DNA of 29,692 bases from a bacterium (lineage in GTDB: Bacteria; Patescibacteriota; Gracilibacteria; UBA1369; LOWO2-01-FULL-3), in NCBI GenBank assembly GCA_027622635.1, contig JAQBYK010000001.1, forward strand, positions 1-29,692, in the 5' to 3' direction. Both the position numbers and the translations under genes were made by a program. The notes beneath the pieces were generated by a model. The model saw nothing but the letters and a program-made list of their open reading frames with translations. It searched no databases and had not been told where the DNA came from. Within the stretch, counting starts at the first letter, position 1; each line of letters starts with the position of its first letter. This document shows, one piece after another, positions 15,450-23,339 of the stretch.

Positions 15450-16202
15450 ATGGAACATATAGCAAGAAGGCACACAGATCTTAACCCTGAACAATCAGAA
15501 GACGAAATCTTCGAAACCGACGTAGCAAGTTTAAACGCACTTCGGGAGCAACTTGAAATAGGTGCCAACGACACGGGAAAAATAGCACTGTTGATAAGAC
15601 GTGAACAGGACGAAGCAAGGGCAAAACTGGTCGATGCGGTGGTTAAGCTGGCAGAGACGCCGGAAATCCCACAACAATTCAAAGCTCAGTACGACAATTT
15701 GCCCGATCAAATCAAAGTACGCTGTACCTGGAAAGAACTGTCTTACAGGCTTGTCGAGCAAGGGGATGCTCACTATCTTAAACTGGCAACGGACATGGAG
15801 GAAGGTGGAGAACTGGTTTATATAGATGAAGAAGGCAATCCCGTCTTCCGTGAAGGCGGAGTCGAGCCTGTCCTTAAAGGCAAAAGTTACAATCAGACAA
15901 GAGAAATTCTATATGGAAAAGATTATGAGGAAGGAACGCCCCACTATGGCTATGAGATGCCCAATAGTAATGAAGAATTAAGGCAGATAGAAGAAATAAC
16001 CGGCCGCTCATTCGTTGCAAGTAACAATAGAGATGAATATAGAGCGACACACATGGAAAGTGGCAAAAAACCTTCCTTCTCTCGCCGTGCTCGTTTCGGT
16101 CCGAACAGTGGGAATGTTTCCTTCTATGGCGCCTACGATCCTAACCTTGAGTCTCCGAAGCTCGGGTTGGTGCGCCTGCTAAGGGTCAAAAAAATGGCTT
16201 AG
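15450..16202 (+). CDS. Hypothetical protein with a C-type-lectin/FGE-like C-terminus (distant DUF4256-like); candidate DGR target
   Basis: 250 aa ending RRARFGPNSGNVSFYGAYDPNLESPKLGLVRLLRV. A TTGACA box lies at 15391-15396 upstream. The family resemblance is by eye only. Confidence 0.6.
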   Translation: MEHIARRHTDLNPEQSEDEIFETDVASLNALREQLEIGANDTGKIALLIRREQDEARAKLVDAVVKLAETPEIPQQFKAQYDNLPDQIKVRCTWKELSYRLVEQGDAHYLKLATDMEEGGELVYIDEEGNPVFREGGVEPVLKGKSYNQTREILYGKDYEEGTPHYGYEMPNSNEELRQIEEITGRSFVASNNRDEYRATHMESGKKPSFSRRARFGPNSGNVSFYGAYDPNLESPKLGLVRLLRVKKMA

Positions 16203-16237
16203 TCTTTGAACCTTAATTTTCTTTTTTCTTTTTCTTT

Positions 16238-16272
16238 AGCTTCCCGCAATTTGCGGGAAGCTTTTATTTTTT
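16238..16272 (+). terminator. Perfect hairpin plus T-tract (terminator and/or DGR-type downstream hairpin)
   Basis: AGCTTCCCGCAA-T-TTGCGGGAAGCT (16238-16262) followed by TTTATTTTTT. Confidence 0.75.
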
Positions 16273-16533
16273 AAATTTTTGTTGTAAGTTAATCACAACG
16301 GTGAATAGACACCTGCCCTTGGAGGTAAGGCTACCGTAGAATGTCATTTCATCAAAAAGGTTTTGAATTAAATAAGAAGCCTGAAAGACCATTATAGTCA
16401 AAATAGACCATTAGGTTTGAGTGAAAGATACTCCAACAAAAAGGGAGTGAAAAAAGCAAACCCGCCTGCGTAAGCTGGCGGAAGTTTAGCTGTACTCATC
16501 TCTAAAATAGGTTCGAGCTTCGTTCAGGAGCTG

Positions 16534-16581
16534 CGACCATAGAAAAAATGGCTCCGCCGCAGGTGGGGACAGTTTTTCTAT
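16534..16581. repeat. 48 bp direct repeat, right copy
   Basis: Identical to 15225-15272. Preceded by AGGTTCGAG (16509-16517), which also matches the tRNA-Pro T-loop (15205-15213). Confidence 0.93.
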
Positions 16582-16620
16582 GCTTGACTTCCCTCTCCAA
16601 CTAGCCGAAAATCAACTTCC

Positions 16621-17448
16621 ATGACAAACATAAACCCACAAGTTGTTTTAATCTGCGTCCACGACGGTTCACATAAGGAATTCTTAAAAAATCATCCGGA
16701 TTTGCATGAGATTTTTAAAGACTACGCTGAAATATTTGAGTCCTATCTTAAACTGGAACGCGATTTCGCAGCGCTCGCACTAACTCGAGAAATCAAAAAA
16801 CTTTTAAAAAAGGAAATAAAAGTCGCTTCAGTTGAAGTAACAGATTTGCCAAGAGGAATCATAGATGCAAATCGCACACCGGAAGAAGCAATTCGAAGAG
16901 TATTTAATCATGAAGAACATCCTGAACTGGTAAAAAAATTCATGCACACTTACGAAACAATCACAAAACAAGCACTGGAAGCACTTGAGAATCTCAGCCA
17001 GGACGGCCTTTTTCTGGATATTCATACAATGATTGATTTTAGTCCAAGTGAGCTTGTACCGATCAGCCCGGGTTCATTTGCAATGCAGGAGTACATTGAG
17101 GCGCGCACAAATCCAGATAGACTTAAAGAGCGGCGCCTGGTCAACTTTCTTACTGCACGTGAAAATCAACCCTCTTTGGCTCATCCCGGGTTAGCCGGTA
17201 ACCTTGAGAAGGGTTTCAACAGGGACAAGCTCAAAGTAAGCCACAACGACCCCTATCGCCTCTTAGATTGGACCATGCTTAATCATTACATGAGCAAATA
17301 TCCTCAAAAAGGCATCGGGATAGATATACCGATATGCGAGCTGTCAAAAGATGGTGAATCTTGCGAGATCAATCCTATACTAGATCCAAGCAAAATAGCT
17401 AGAAAAGGAGAAATCATAGCCTCTGCTATTTTAGCAACTCTATCCTAA
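16621..17448 (+). CDS. Hypothetical protein, N-formylglutamate-amidohydrolase-like Zn hydrolase fold
   Basis: LICVHDG..E, DLPRGIIDANR, FLDIHTM, and a G.DI motif resembling FGase family patterns. Confidence 0.5.
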   Translation: MTNINPQVVLICVHDGSHKEFLKNHPDLHEIFKDYAEIFESYLKLERDFAALALTREIKKLLKKEIKVASVEVTDLPRGIIDANRTPEEAIRRVFNHEEHPELVKKFMHTYETITKQALEALENLSQDGLFLDIHTMIDFSPSELVPISPGSFAMQEYIEARTNPDRLKERRLVNFLTARENQPSLAHPGLAGNLEKGFNRDKLKVSHNDPYRLLDWTMLNHYMSKYPQKGIGIDIPICELSKDGESCEINPILDPSKIARKGEIIASAILATLS

Positions 17449-18087
17449 TCTAAGTTTAATAAATTCATCCAGATTCTTGCACTTCAAATACTTATTGTGC
17501 TTTTTTTCCCACGCAATAGTAGAAACAGGTTTGGAACCATAGTCATGCCCTGGAAAAATTTTCGTATCATCAGGCAAAGCGGAAATTTTCTGCAAACTAT
17601 TATAAAGATCTTCAACATTGCTGCCTTCCAAGTCAGCCCTTCCACATCCTTCCACAAAAAGGGTATCTCCGGTGATTAATTTCGGGATACCATCAGCAGC
17701 CTCAGCGGCAGTGATATAATAACAGACTGCATCATCAATATGGCCGGGTGTATAGAGAACCTTAACATTCAAATCACCGATCTTAATTTCATCTCCGTCC
17801 TTAACAAACACACACATTTCATCATTGGCATCAACACGACCTCGGCCGTTTTCATGCATATAAACTGGTATCGCATACTTATCCACAATACCGGGCACAC
17901 CTTCAATATGATCATGATGAGTATGGGTAACAAGTATCATTTGCGGACCCAACAAATCATACTCAATTTCTGTAATCAAGTGAGGAACATCTCCGGGATC
18001 AACAATAGCGATATTCTTCCCAACATCATCACCAATAAAGTATGAGAAATTATTGTCGTAACCATTTATAGGAATTTGTCTAACCAT
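17440..18087 (-). CDS. MBL-fold metallohydrolase (glyoxalase II-like)
   Basis: DNNFSYFI, VDPG, THTHHDH, TPGH, TGDTLFVEGCGR, FPGHDY. Confidence 0.88.
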   Translation of the reverse strand: MVRQIPINGYDNNFSYFIGDDVGKNIAIVDPGDVPHLITEIEYDLLGPQMILVTHTHHDHIEGVPGIVDKYAIPVYMHENGRGRVDANDEMCVFVKDGDEIKIGDLNVKVLYTPGHIDDAVCYYITAAEAADGIPKLITGDTLFVEGCGRADLEGSNVEDLYNSLQKISALPDDTKIFPGHDYGSKPVSTIAWEKKHNKYLKCKNLDEFIKLRLG

Positions 18088-19031
18088 TAAAATGCACCAC
18101 CAAGTAAACTCATGACATCAAGAGCACCTTCAGGTATTTCCAAATCAACATCTTCATTTAAATTGCTTAGTTCATAACTGAATTCAAGATCCAAACTACC
18201 TTCAGAATCTTCCAAGTCTTCAACTTCCAGGTTGCCTGCAAATTTCCTGATAGTCCTGTCATCAATGCCAATCCATACTTCTCCATCAAAGCCCATTCCA
18301 ACAAGAACATCTCTTAATTCAGACTCATCGGATTCACTTAGTGTTGCTAAACCATTTATTTCATTTACTCCCTTTGTGTATTCAACAATTCCGTTCGGAT
18401 CTAGATCAACCTCATAACGATATGAATTAACACCGCCAACATTCCCGGTTCCATTATACTTAACATCCTTAAAAAACGAAGAATTTTTGACCAAATCCTT
18501 CATCTGTTTTTCTTGCTCGGATAATTCAGAATCGTCCTCCCCGCTATACGCTTGAAGAATTTCTGTGAACTCAGCGGGAATTTCCGCAAAAAACCATTTG
18601 TTAAAATAAGGCTCCACAAAAGCAACAGGTATCTGATCCTGAAAACTGGTTAAACTGGAAACCATGAAATAAACATTACCACCTGTCATCCTGACTTCTC
18701 CGGCAAGGCCCTCTTCTTCGCCGTCGTCAATTGTTCCGTTACCGTTAATTTTGAAGGAAAATTCAGGATTTTCTCTGTCCGTATTGTCGTATGCACCACT
18801 TATACCCAGATCAAGCAAAAATTCAGTAAATGGAAGTCCAGGCTCTGGCTCGGCAAGATTAAAAGTAATATCGGTAGACATCGCATACTCGGCAGAGTTG
18901 ACGTCAATCAAATTACTTATCCCTTCGCTTACTACATCTTCCGGACTTTTTTCAGGGCCCCCTCCGCTACCACAGGCAGTTAAAAGAGTAGCAACAGCGA
19001 GACTCAATACAAGAACTTTTAGAATTTTCAT
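18087..19031 (-). CDS. Acidic lipoprotein of unknown function
   Basis: MK..hydrophobic..LLTAC lipobox, followed by a beta-rich acidic domain. Confidence 0.7.
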   Translation of the reverse strand: MKILKVLVLSLAVATLLTACGSGGGPEKSPEDVVSEGISNLIDVNSAEYAMSTDITFNLAEPEPGLPFTEFLLDLGISGAYDNTDRENPEFSFKINGNGTIDDGEEEGLAGEVRMTGGNVYFMVSSLTSFQDQIPVAFVEPYFNKWFFAEIPAEFTEILQAYSGEDDSELSEQEKQMKDLVKNSSFFKDVKYNGTGNVGGVNSYRYEVDLDPNGIVEYTKGVNEINGLATLSESDESELRDVLVGMGFDGEVWIGIDDRTIRKFAGNLEVEDLEDSEGSLDLEFSYELSNLNEDVDLEIPEGALDVMSLLGGAF

Positions 19032-19082
19032 AATTTCAAATTTAATAGATTAAAAAAATGTTATTTTAATTGGCGAATAAAG

Positions 19083-19712
19083 TCAAAACTTTCTAGCCCT
19101 GATTATTTGATTGATCCATGTTCCTTTCTCTTCAACATAAGCATCTTGTTCTATTTTAAAGAATTGATGATCTAACTCCTTAAGAACCTTTTCAGGACTA
19201 TGATAAAAAGAATTTATTACTATTTCTTCTCCATTTTTTAGCTTCAATTTAGGCGCCTTCTTCTGATTAATATTGGTTAAGACAAATTTCCCATCGGAAC
19301 CAAGCACTCGATAGACTTCTCCAAATAATTTGGACAAATCCCTGATATGAACCAACAAAAAAGTTGCCAGGACAAAGTCGAAAGTTCCATCTTCATAAGG
19401 AAGATTAAGTGCATCTGCTTTTACAATATCCAAAGCGGGATATTTTTCTTGAGCAATCTTGACCATCTCACCGGAAACATCACAAGCTTTTACATCAGCA
19501 CCAAAGACCTTAAGTTCACCGATCAGTCTTCCGGTTCCACAACCAAGATCTAAAACTTTCTTACCCTTAAGATCACCAACAAATGCAAATAACCTGTCTT
19601 TCTCAAAACATCGCAACAATTTATAATCCTTCTCATATTGCTTGGCATACATATCGTATCCTTCAGCGGAATTATAGACGTTAGAGCCGTTTTTTTTGCC
19701 TTTATAACTCAT
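19083..19712 (-). CDS. Class I SAM-dependent methyltransferase
   Basis: VLDLGCGTG, ACDVSGEM, ADALNLPY..TFD. Confidence 0.9.
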   Translation of the reverse strand: MSYKGKKNGSNVYNSAEGYDMYAKQYEKDYKLLRCFEKDRLFAFVGDLKGKKVLDLGCGTGRLIGELKVFGADVKACDVSGEMVKIAQEKYPALDIVKADALNLPYEDGTFDFVLATFLLVHIRDLSKLFGEVYRVLGSDGKFVLTNINQKKAPKLKLKNGEEIVINSFYHSPEKVLKELDHQFFKIEQDAYVEEKGTWINQIIRARKF

Positions 19713-19731
19713 ATCAAGTAATATTATAGCA
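19696..19731. promoter_or_regulatory. Overlapping divergent promoters in a 20 bp intergenic gap
   Basis: Plus strand: TTGCCT (19696-19701), 17 nt, TAATAT (19719-19724), ATG at 19733. Minus strand: TGc-TATAAT (-10 at 19728-19723), ATG at 19712. Confidence 0.5.
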
Positions 19732-19732
19732 T

Positions 19733-20107
19733 ATGGGAAAAGGAGGAAAAAAACCGGAAATGCACGAAATCGCTGAAACTCGCCAGGCTGGCAAGGATGC
19801 GGCTTTTGAAGACATATTAGAACGTGTAAAGGCTGCCGGTGGTGAAATCACTTTAGATGAAACGGCACCTCTCTATACAGAAGTAGGATCTCAAGAATTG
19901 GAGGTTGGATATCAAAGATTAGTCGAGTTCAATTTAAACAGAATAGATTTTCAGCTAACAAGAAAAGTCGAAAATGCGGTTCTTCAAGGCTCAGGACATC
20001 AAAAACACCTTGAAGATTTGGAAGTAGCCCGTTCAAACATTACCATGAAAAAGAAGGCTGACACTTCACAGGACTGGCAAGTGGTCGATTTGGAGGACAT
20101 GTTCTAG
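19733..20107 (+). CDS. Hypothetical protein
   Basis: 124 aa ORF with protein-like composition that fills the gap; no recognised motif. Confidence 0.65.
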   Translation: MGKGGKKPEMHEIAETRQAGKDAAFEDILERVKAAGGEITLDETAPLYTEVGSQELEVGYQRLVEFNLNRIDFQLTRKVENAVLQGSGHQKHLEDLEVARSNITMKKKADTSQDWQVVDLEDMF

Positions 20108-20379
20108 CCCAAATACTCCCAATAACACTCCTGACAGTAAATGGTGTATTTGCTGTCAGCAGAGTAAGTACTAACAATATTCTTCTTACATTTGTCGCAC
20201 TTTCTCTTATATAGTTTTCTTTCATTTCTCAAACTAAGCCGCCTCTTTCTTCTACAATCAGGGCAATTTTCCGGAAAATCCAATTTTTTCTTTTTATAGA
20301 AGAGCTGTTCTGCAGGAATTATCAAAAAATCCTTTCCGCAAGCTTTACACCCTTGTTTTTCACTTGTAGCTTCAGCCAT
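20104..20379 (-). CDS. CxxC-x17-CxxC-like zinc-ribbon protein (CPR-type)
   Basis: CKAC..FYKKKKLDFPENCPDCRRKRRLSLRNERKLYKRKCDKC..YCQECY. Confidence 0.8.
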   Translation of the reverse strand: MAEATSEKQGCKACGKDFLIIPAEQLFYKKKKLDFPENCPDCRRKRRLSLRNERKLYKRKCDKCKKNIVSTYSADSKYTIYCQECYWEYLG

Positions 20380-20424
20380 AATATTTAACGTTTAAATAAT
20401 ACTTGAAAATTAAAAAATTGAAAA

Positions 20425-21378
20425 TCAACTCGGCCATTCCATTTCAGCATTACTATCTTCATAGGGATAAGTCGAACAGGGAAAATTGTAATACTCACCA
20501 CTTTCCTTCATCTCTCTAATAATTTTCTCTACCCTCTCAAAATACTCATCCTTTGAGAATTGTTCATTAAAGACACAATATTGCTTATGCTTCAAGCTGA
20601 AGCAGCCAAAACAATCCTGAGAATTATAGACGTGCTCACAATGATCCAGATCATTACTGTCAAAACAAGTTACGCAAAAATTTGAGTTAACAAGGTTCAT
20701 AGAAGACATAACTTCGTAGTTGAGTTCCTCATTATAGTAGGAATTACTCATATCAAAGCAGTCTTTTAGGCTAACACAATTATTACAGTGTCCACAGTCT
20801 TCCATGTCTTTAACATCAAAACAATCAACGGCATTCTTAGAATTATAAACATAGTCACCACTACAGTTTTCATTATTGAGAACATGGGTATAAAGATGAG
20901 GCGCTTGCTTCTTGGCTTCTTCCAGCATCTCAAGAAGCTTTTCTTTGTCGCTTTTCAGCTCTTCAACTCTCCTAACATACTCATCTCTTTCATATTTTTT
21001 ATTTCCAATATGGTACTGCTTGCGCCTAAGACCTGTACAACCAAAACAGTTGTTACATCCGGTACAATCATAGCAATAATCACAATCGGTACAATTAGTG
21101 CAATCCTGAGAATGATTAACGTTATAAGACTCAATGCAGTCGACACAATCGTAACAGAGCTCACATTTCTGACAGTAATCACAGTCAGCACAATCAGTGG
21201 AATCATAAAGCCAAAATCCGTAATAGCAATTTTCGTCATACTCGCTTCCGCATAGGAGATGAGAATTTTTCACATTCCCGGAATACGAAACATAAGGACT
21301 ATTCTCACAATTGATAGCCATTAGTGCTATGCGAGGAACCAGGTCCCTAAGCTCCTCCATTTGTTTGATGTAATGCAT
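20425..21378 (-). CDS. Cys-rich repeat protein (CPR family)
   Basis: Many CxxC/DCxDC repeats, e.g. DCADCDYCQKCELCYDCVDC and NCFGCTGLRRKQYHIGNK..Y; second block DCFGCFSLKHKQYCVFNEQF. Confidence 0.8.
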   Translation of the reverse strand: MHYIKQMEELRDLVPRIALMAINCENSPYVSYSGNVKNSHLLCGSEYDENCYYGFWLYDSTDCADCDYCQKCELCYDCVDCIESYNVNHSQDCTNCTDCDYCYDCTGCNNCFGCTGLRRKQYHIGNKKYERDEYVRRVEELKSDKEKLLEMLEEAKKQAPHLYTHVLNNENCSGDYVYNSKNAVDCFDVKDMEDCGHCNNCVSLKDCFDMSNSYYNEELNYEVMSSMNLVNSNFCVTCFDSNDLDHCEHVYNSQDCFGCFSLKHKQYCVFNEQFSKDEYFERVEKIIREMKESGEYYNFPCSTYPYEDSNAEMEWPS

Positions 21379-21384
21379 ACAAAT

Positions 21385-21837
21385 CTAAGTCAAAACCTTC
21401 TTAGCCCATTTCTCCATTTCGTTTTCCTGCTTATCTGTCTTATGACCAAAACCGAAACAGTGAAGCAAACCGTGCACAAATAGGATTTCAATTTCACGTT
21501 TCAAATCATGCCCCTTTTTTTTGGCTTGTTTCTTAGCCGTATCAACTGAAATGAAGATATCTCCTGCAATTATATCGCCCTTCTCAGATTCATGCTCGGT
21601 TACCTCGAGATAGGCAAAAGAAATAACATCAGTCGGACTGTTTTTTCTGCGATACTCTCCGTTCATTGCCTTAATGGTTTCATCATTTATCAAAACCAAA
21701 TCAATAAGACCATTCCGATTGTTTAGTTTCTTATCAATCTTGGAGCGAAGAATTTCATAAAACTTCTCTATTCTTCTTTTGAATAGAGTTTTCGTAACTT
21801 TTTCTTCTGTTTCGTTTGTAAACCCAAATTTCAGCAT
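21385..21837 (-). CDS. ybeY: rRNA maturation endoribonuclease YbeY
   Basis: MNGEYRRKNSPTDVISF, GDIFIS, HGLLHCFGFGH (H3x H5x H-like zinc motif), EMEKW. Confidence 0.92.
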   Translation of the reverse strand: MLKFGFTNETEEKVTKTLFKRRIEKFYEILRSKIDKKLNNRNGLIDLVLINDETIKAMNGEYRRKNSPTDVISFAYLEVTEHESEKGDIIAGDIFISVDTAKKQAKKKGHDLKREIEILFVHGLLHCFGFGHKTDKQENEMEKWAKKVLT

Positions 21838-21841
21838 AAAT

Positions 21842-22813
21842 CTATCTTAACCAAAGCATGTTATACACCTGCCATTCCTCATCGTCAATTTCCCAATAAG
21901 GATATATTGCAACTCCGGCAAAATTATTCTCATTGCTCCTTATATTATTTAATCCTGCCAAAATTCCTTTAAGTCCATTTTCAATATTTTCTATTTCAGG
22001 ATCATAAGCCTCAGTCTTTTCATTATAAGCGGGGATACCAACAAAAAGCTCTTTCCCATCAAGCAAATTGCTTAACCAGATGGTCTGTTCTTTGACTAGC
22101 CAAATGTATAACCAGTCACGATCAATGCCCGTATCATAGGCCATTACTACAATTTGATCTGCGTAATCCGCAACATTGAGATAGTTAACTTCGGAATTAT
22201 AATTCTTAAATTCATGAATATTTTTGGTCATCCAAATTAGGGATTGAGGAATGAACTCCGCAAGTGCAACGGAAATAGTTTTTTCTTCCAGCATTAATCC
22301 CCTACTCTCTTTTAAGAGTTCAATAAAAGCAAGGTCACCGTCCCAAACCGGTTCAATATCAAAATGAATCCCATCAAAACCAACCAGACCGGACAAGATC
22401 ATAGATTGTTTAGCAATCTCATGTCGCACATCAGCGTTGTCAAGATCAACATTTCCTCTTATTTGTCCAAGCCAGGCCTGATAACTGATGTTGGGATTAA
22501 TGGCTTTAACTCTATCAACAAAGCTAATTGCATACTCATAAGTTTTTGGATCTATAGATCCGTTCTCTTCAAATGGACCGGAATGCACAAAGACTGTGTC
22601 AATTTCATTTTGGTCTAAATTTTTTACAAGAGCCTCGATTTCTTCATCAGTTTTTTCTTCACCAACCCAACTGTGTCCGAGCCAAACAGCGTTATGACCC
22701 GTATTAAAAAAAGATCCCGGTCGATTAGAAGAAAAACCAATTACAAAAATCCATATTGCCAAAAAAAGAATAAAAATAACTCCCAAAACAGTGATTTTCC
22801 ACCAACTACGCAT
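21842..22813 (-). CDS. Membrane-anchored GH18-like (chitinase-fold) TIM-barrel protein
   Basis: N-terminal TM segment, FDGIHFDIEP (DxxDxDxE-like), VVMAYD. Confidence 0.6.
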   Translation of the reverse strand: MRSWWKITVLGVIFILFLAIWIFVIGFSSNRPGSFFNTGHNAVWLGHSWVGEEKTDEEIEALVKNLDQNEIDTVFVHSGPFEENGSIDPKTYEYAISFVDRVKAINPNISYQAWLGQIRGNVDLDNADVRHEIAKQSMILSGLVGFDGIHFDIEPVWDGDLAFIELLKESRGLMLEEKTISVALAEFIPQSLIWMTKNIHEFKNYNSEVNYLNVADYADQIVVMAYDTGIDRDWLYIWLVKEQTIWLSNLLDGKELFVGIPAYNEKTEAYDPEIENIENGLKGILAGLNNIRSNENNFAGVAIYPYWEIDDEEWQVYNMLWLR

Positions 22814-23339
22814 TTTTCAATTTCTTTAAAGCATCATAAACTATAATCCCATAACACACCGCAACATTCAAAGAATTTGCTCTGCCAAGCATAGGTACTG
22901 AAATAGCCATATCAACATGCTCCATCAATTCATCAGAAATTCCTTCAACTTCATGGCCCAGCACAAAGCAAACAGGAAAATCATACTCAGCTTCTGAATA
23001 ATCAACTGCACCTTCCGCAAGCTCTACAGCCACAATCTTAATCCCAGCACATTTAAGTTTCTTAACAAGTTTGATCGCATCATCATGATGTTCAAACGGA
23101 ACCAATTCTTCAGCGCCAAGGGCGGTCTTGGAAATCTCATTTCGAGGAGGAAAACCGGTAAAACCACATAAATATAGTTTTTTTAATAAAACTGCGTCAG
23201 AGGTCCTAAAAATAGATCCTACGTTGTAAAGGCTTCTAACATTCTCCAGTAAAACATAAAAGTCAGATCGCTTTTTGCTCTTGAGTTCGGAAATCGAAGG
23301 CTTCATTTTTTGAATGTCCTCATGCTCAATTTTCTTCAT
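22806..23339 (-). CDS. TrmH/SpoU family RNA methyltransferase
   Basis: LENVRSLYNVGSIFRTSDA, KTALGAE, FVLGHEVEGI, IPM-like SVPMLGRANSLNVAV. Confidence 0.9.
   Translation of the reverse strand: MKKIEHEDIQKMKPSISELKSKKRSDFYVLLENVRSLYNVGSIFRTSDAVLLKKLYLCGFTGFPPRNEISKTALGAEELVPFEHHDDAIKLVKKLKCAGIKIVAVELAEGAVDYSEAEYDFPVCFVLGHEVEGISDELMEHVDMAISVPMLGRANSLNVAVCYGIIVYDALKKLKNA

Noticed and set aside
16189-16199. Third copy of the 48 bp repeat (AAAAAATGGCT at the end of the islet gene)
   Set aside because: Only 11 nt, over half a poly-A run; plausible by chance.
16453-16495. c-di-GMP-I riboswitch (GCAAACC start)
   Set aside because: Only GCAAACC and a GNRA hairpin match. The second stem with the tetraloop receptor and the P1 closure are not evident, and no gene start follows closely.
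16480-16539. tmRNA or second tRNA ending in GGTTCGA..ACCA
   Set aside because: No matching acceptor 5' strand or proper T-stem; it is better explained as part of the tRNA-Pro-derived repeat.
16263-16620. DGR template region or reverse transcriptase next to the candidate variable region
   Set aside because: I found no A-rich copy of 16071-16187 and no YxDD RT ORF in the window, so the DGR call stays a trans-target hypothesis.
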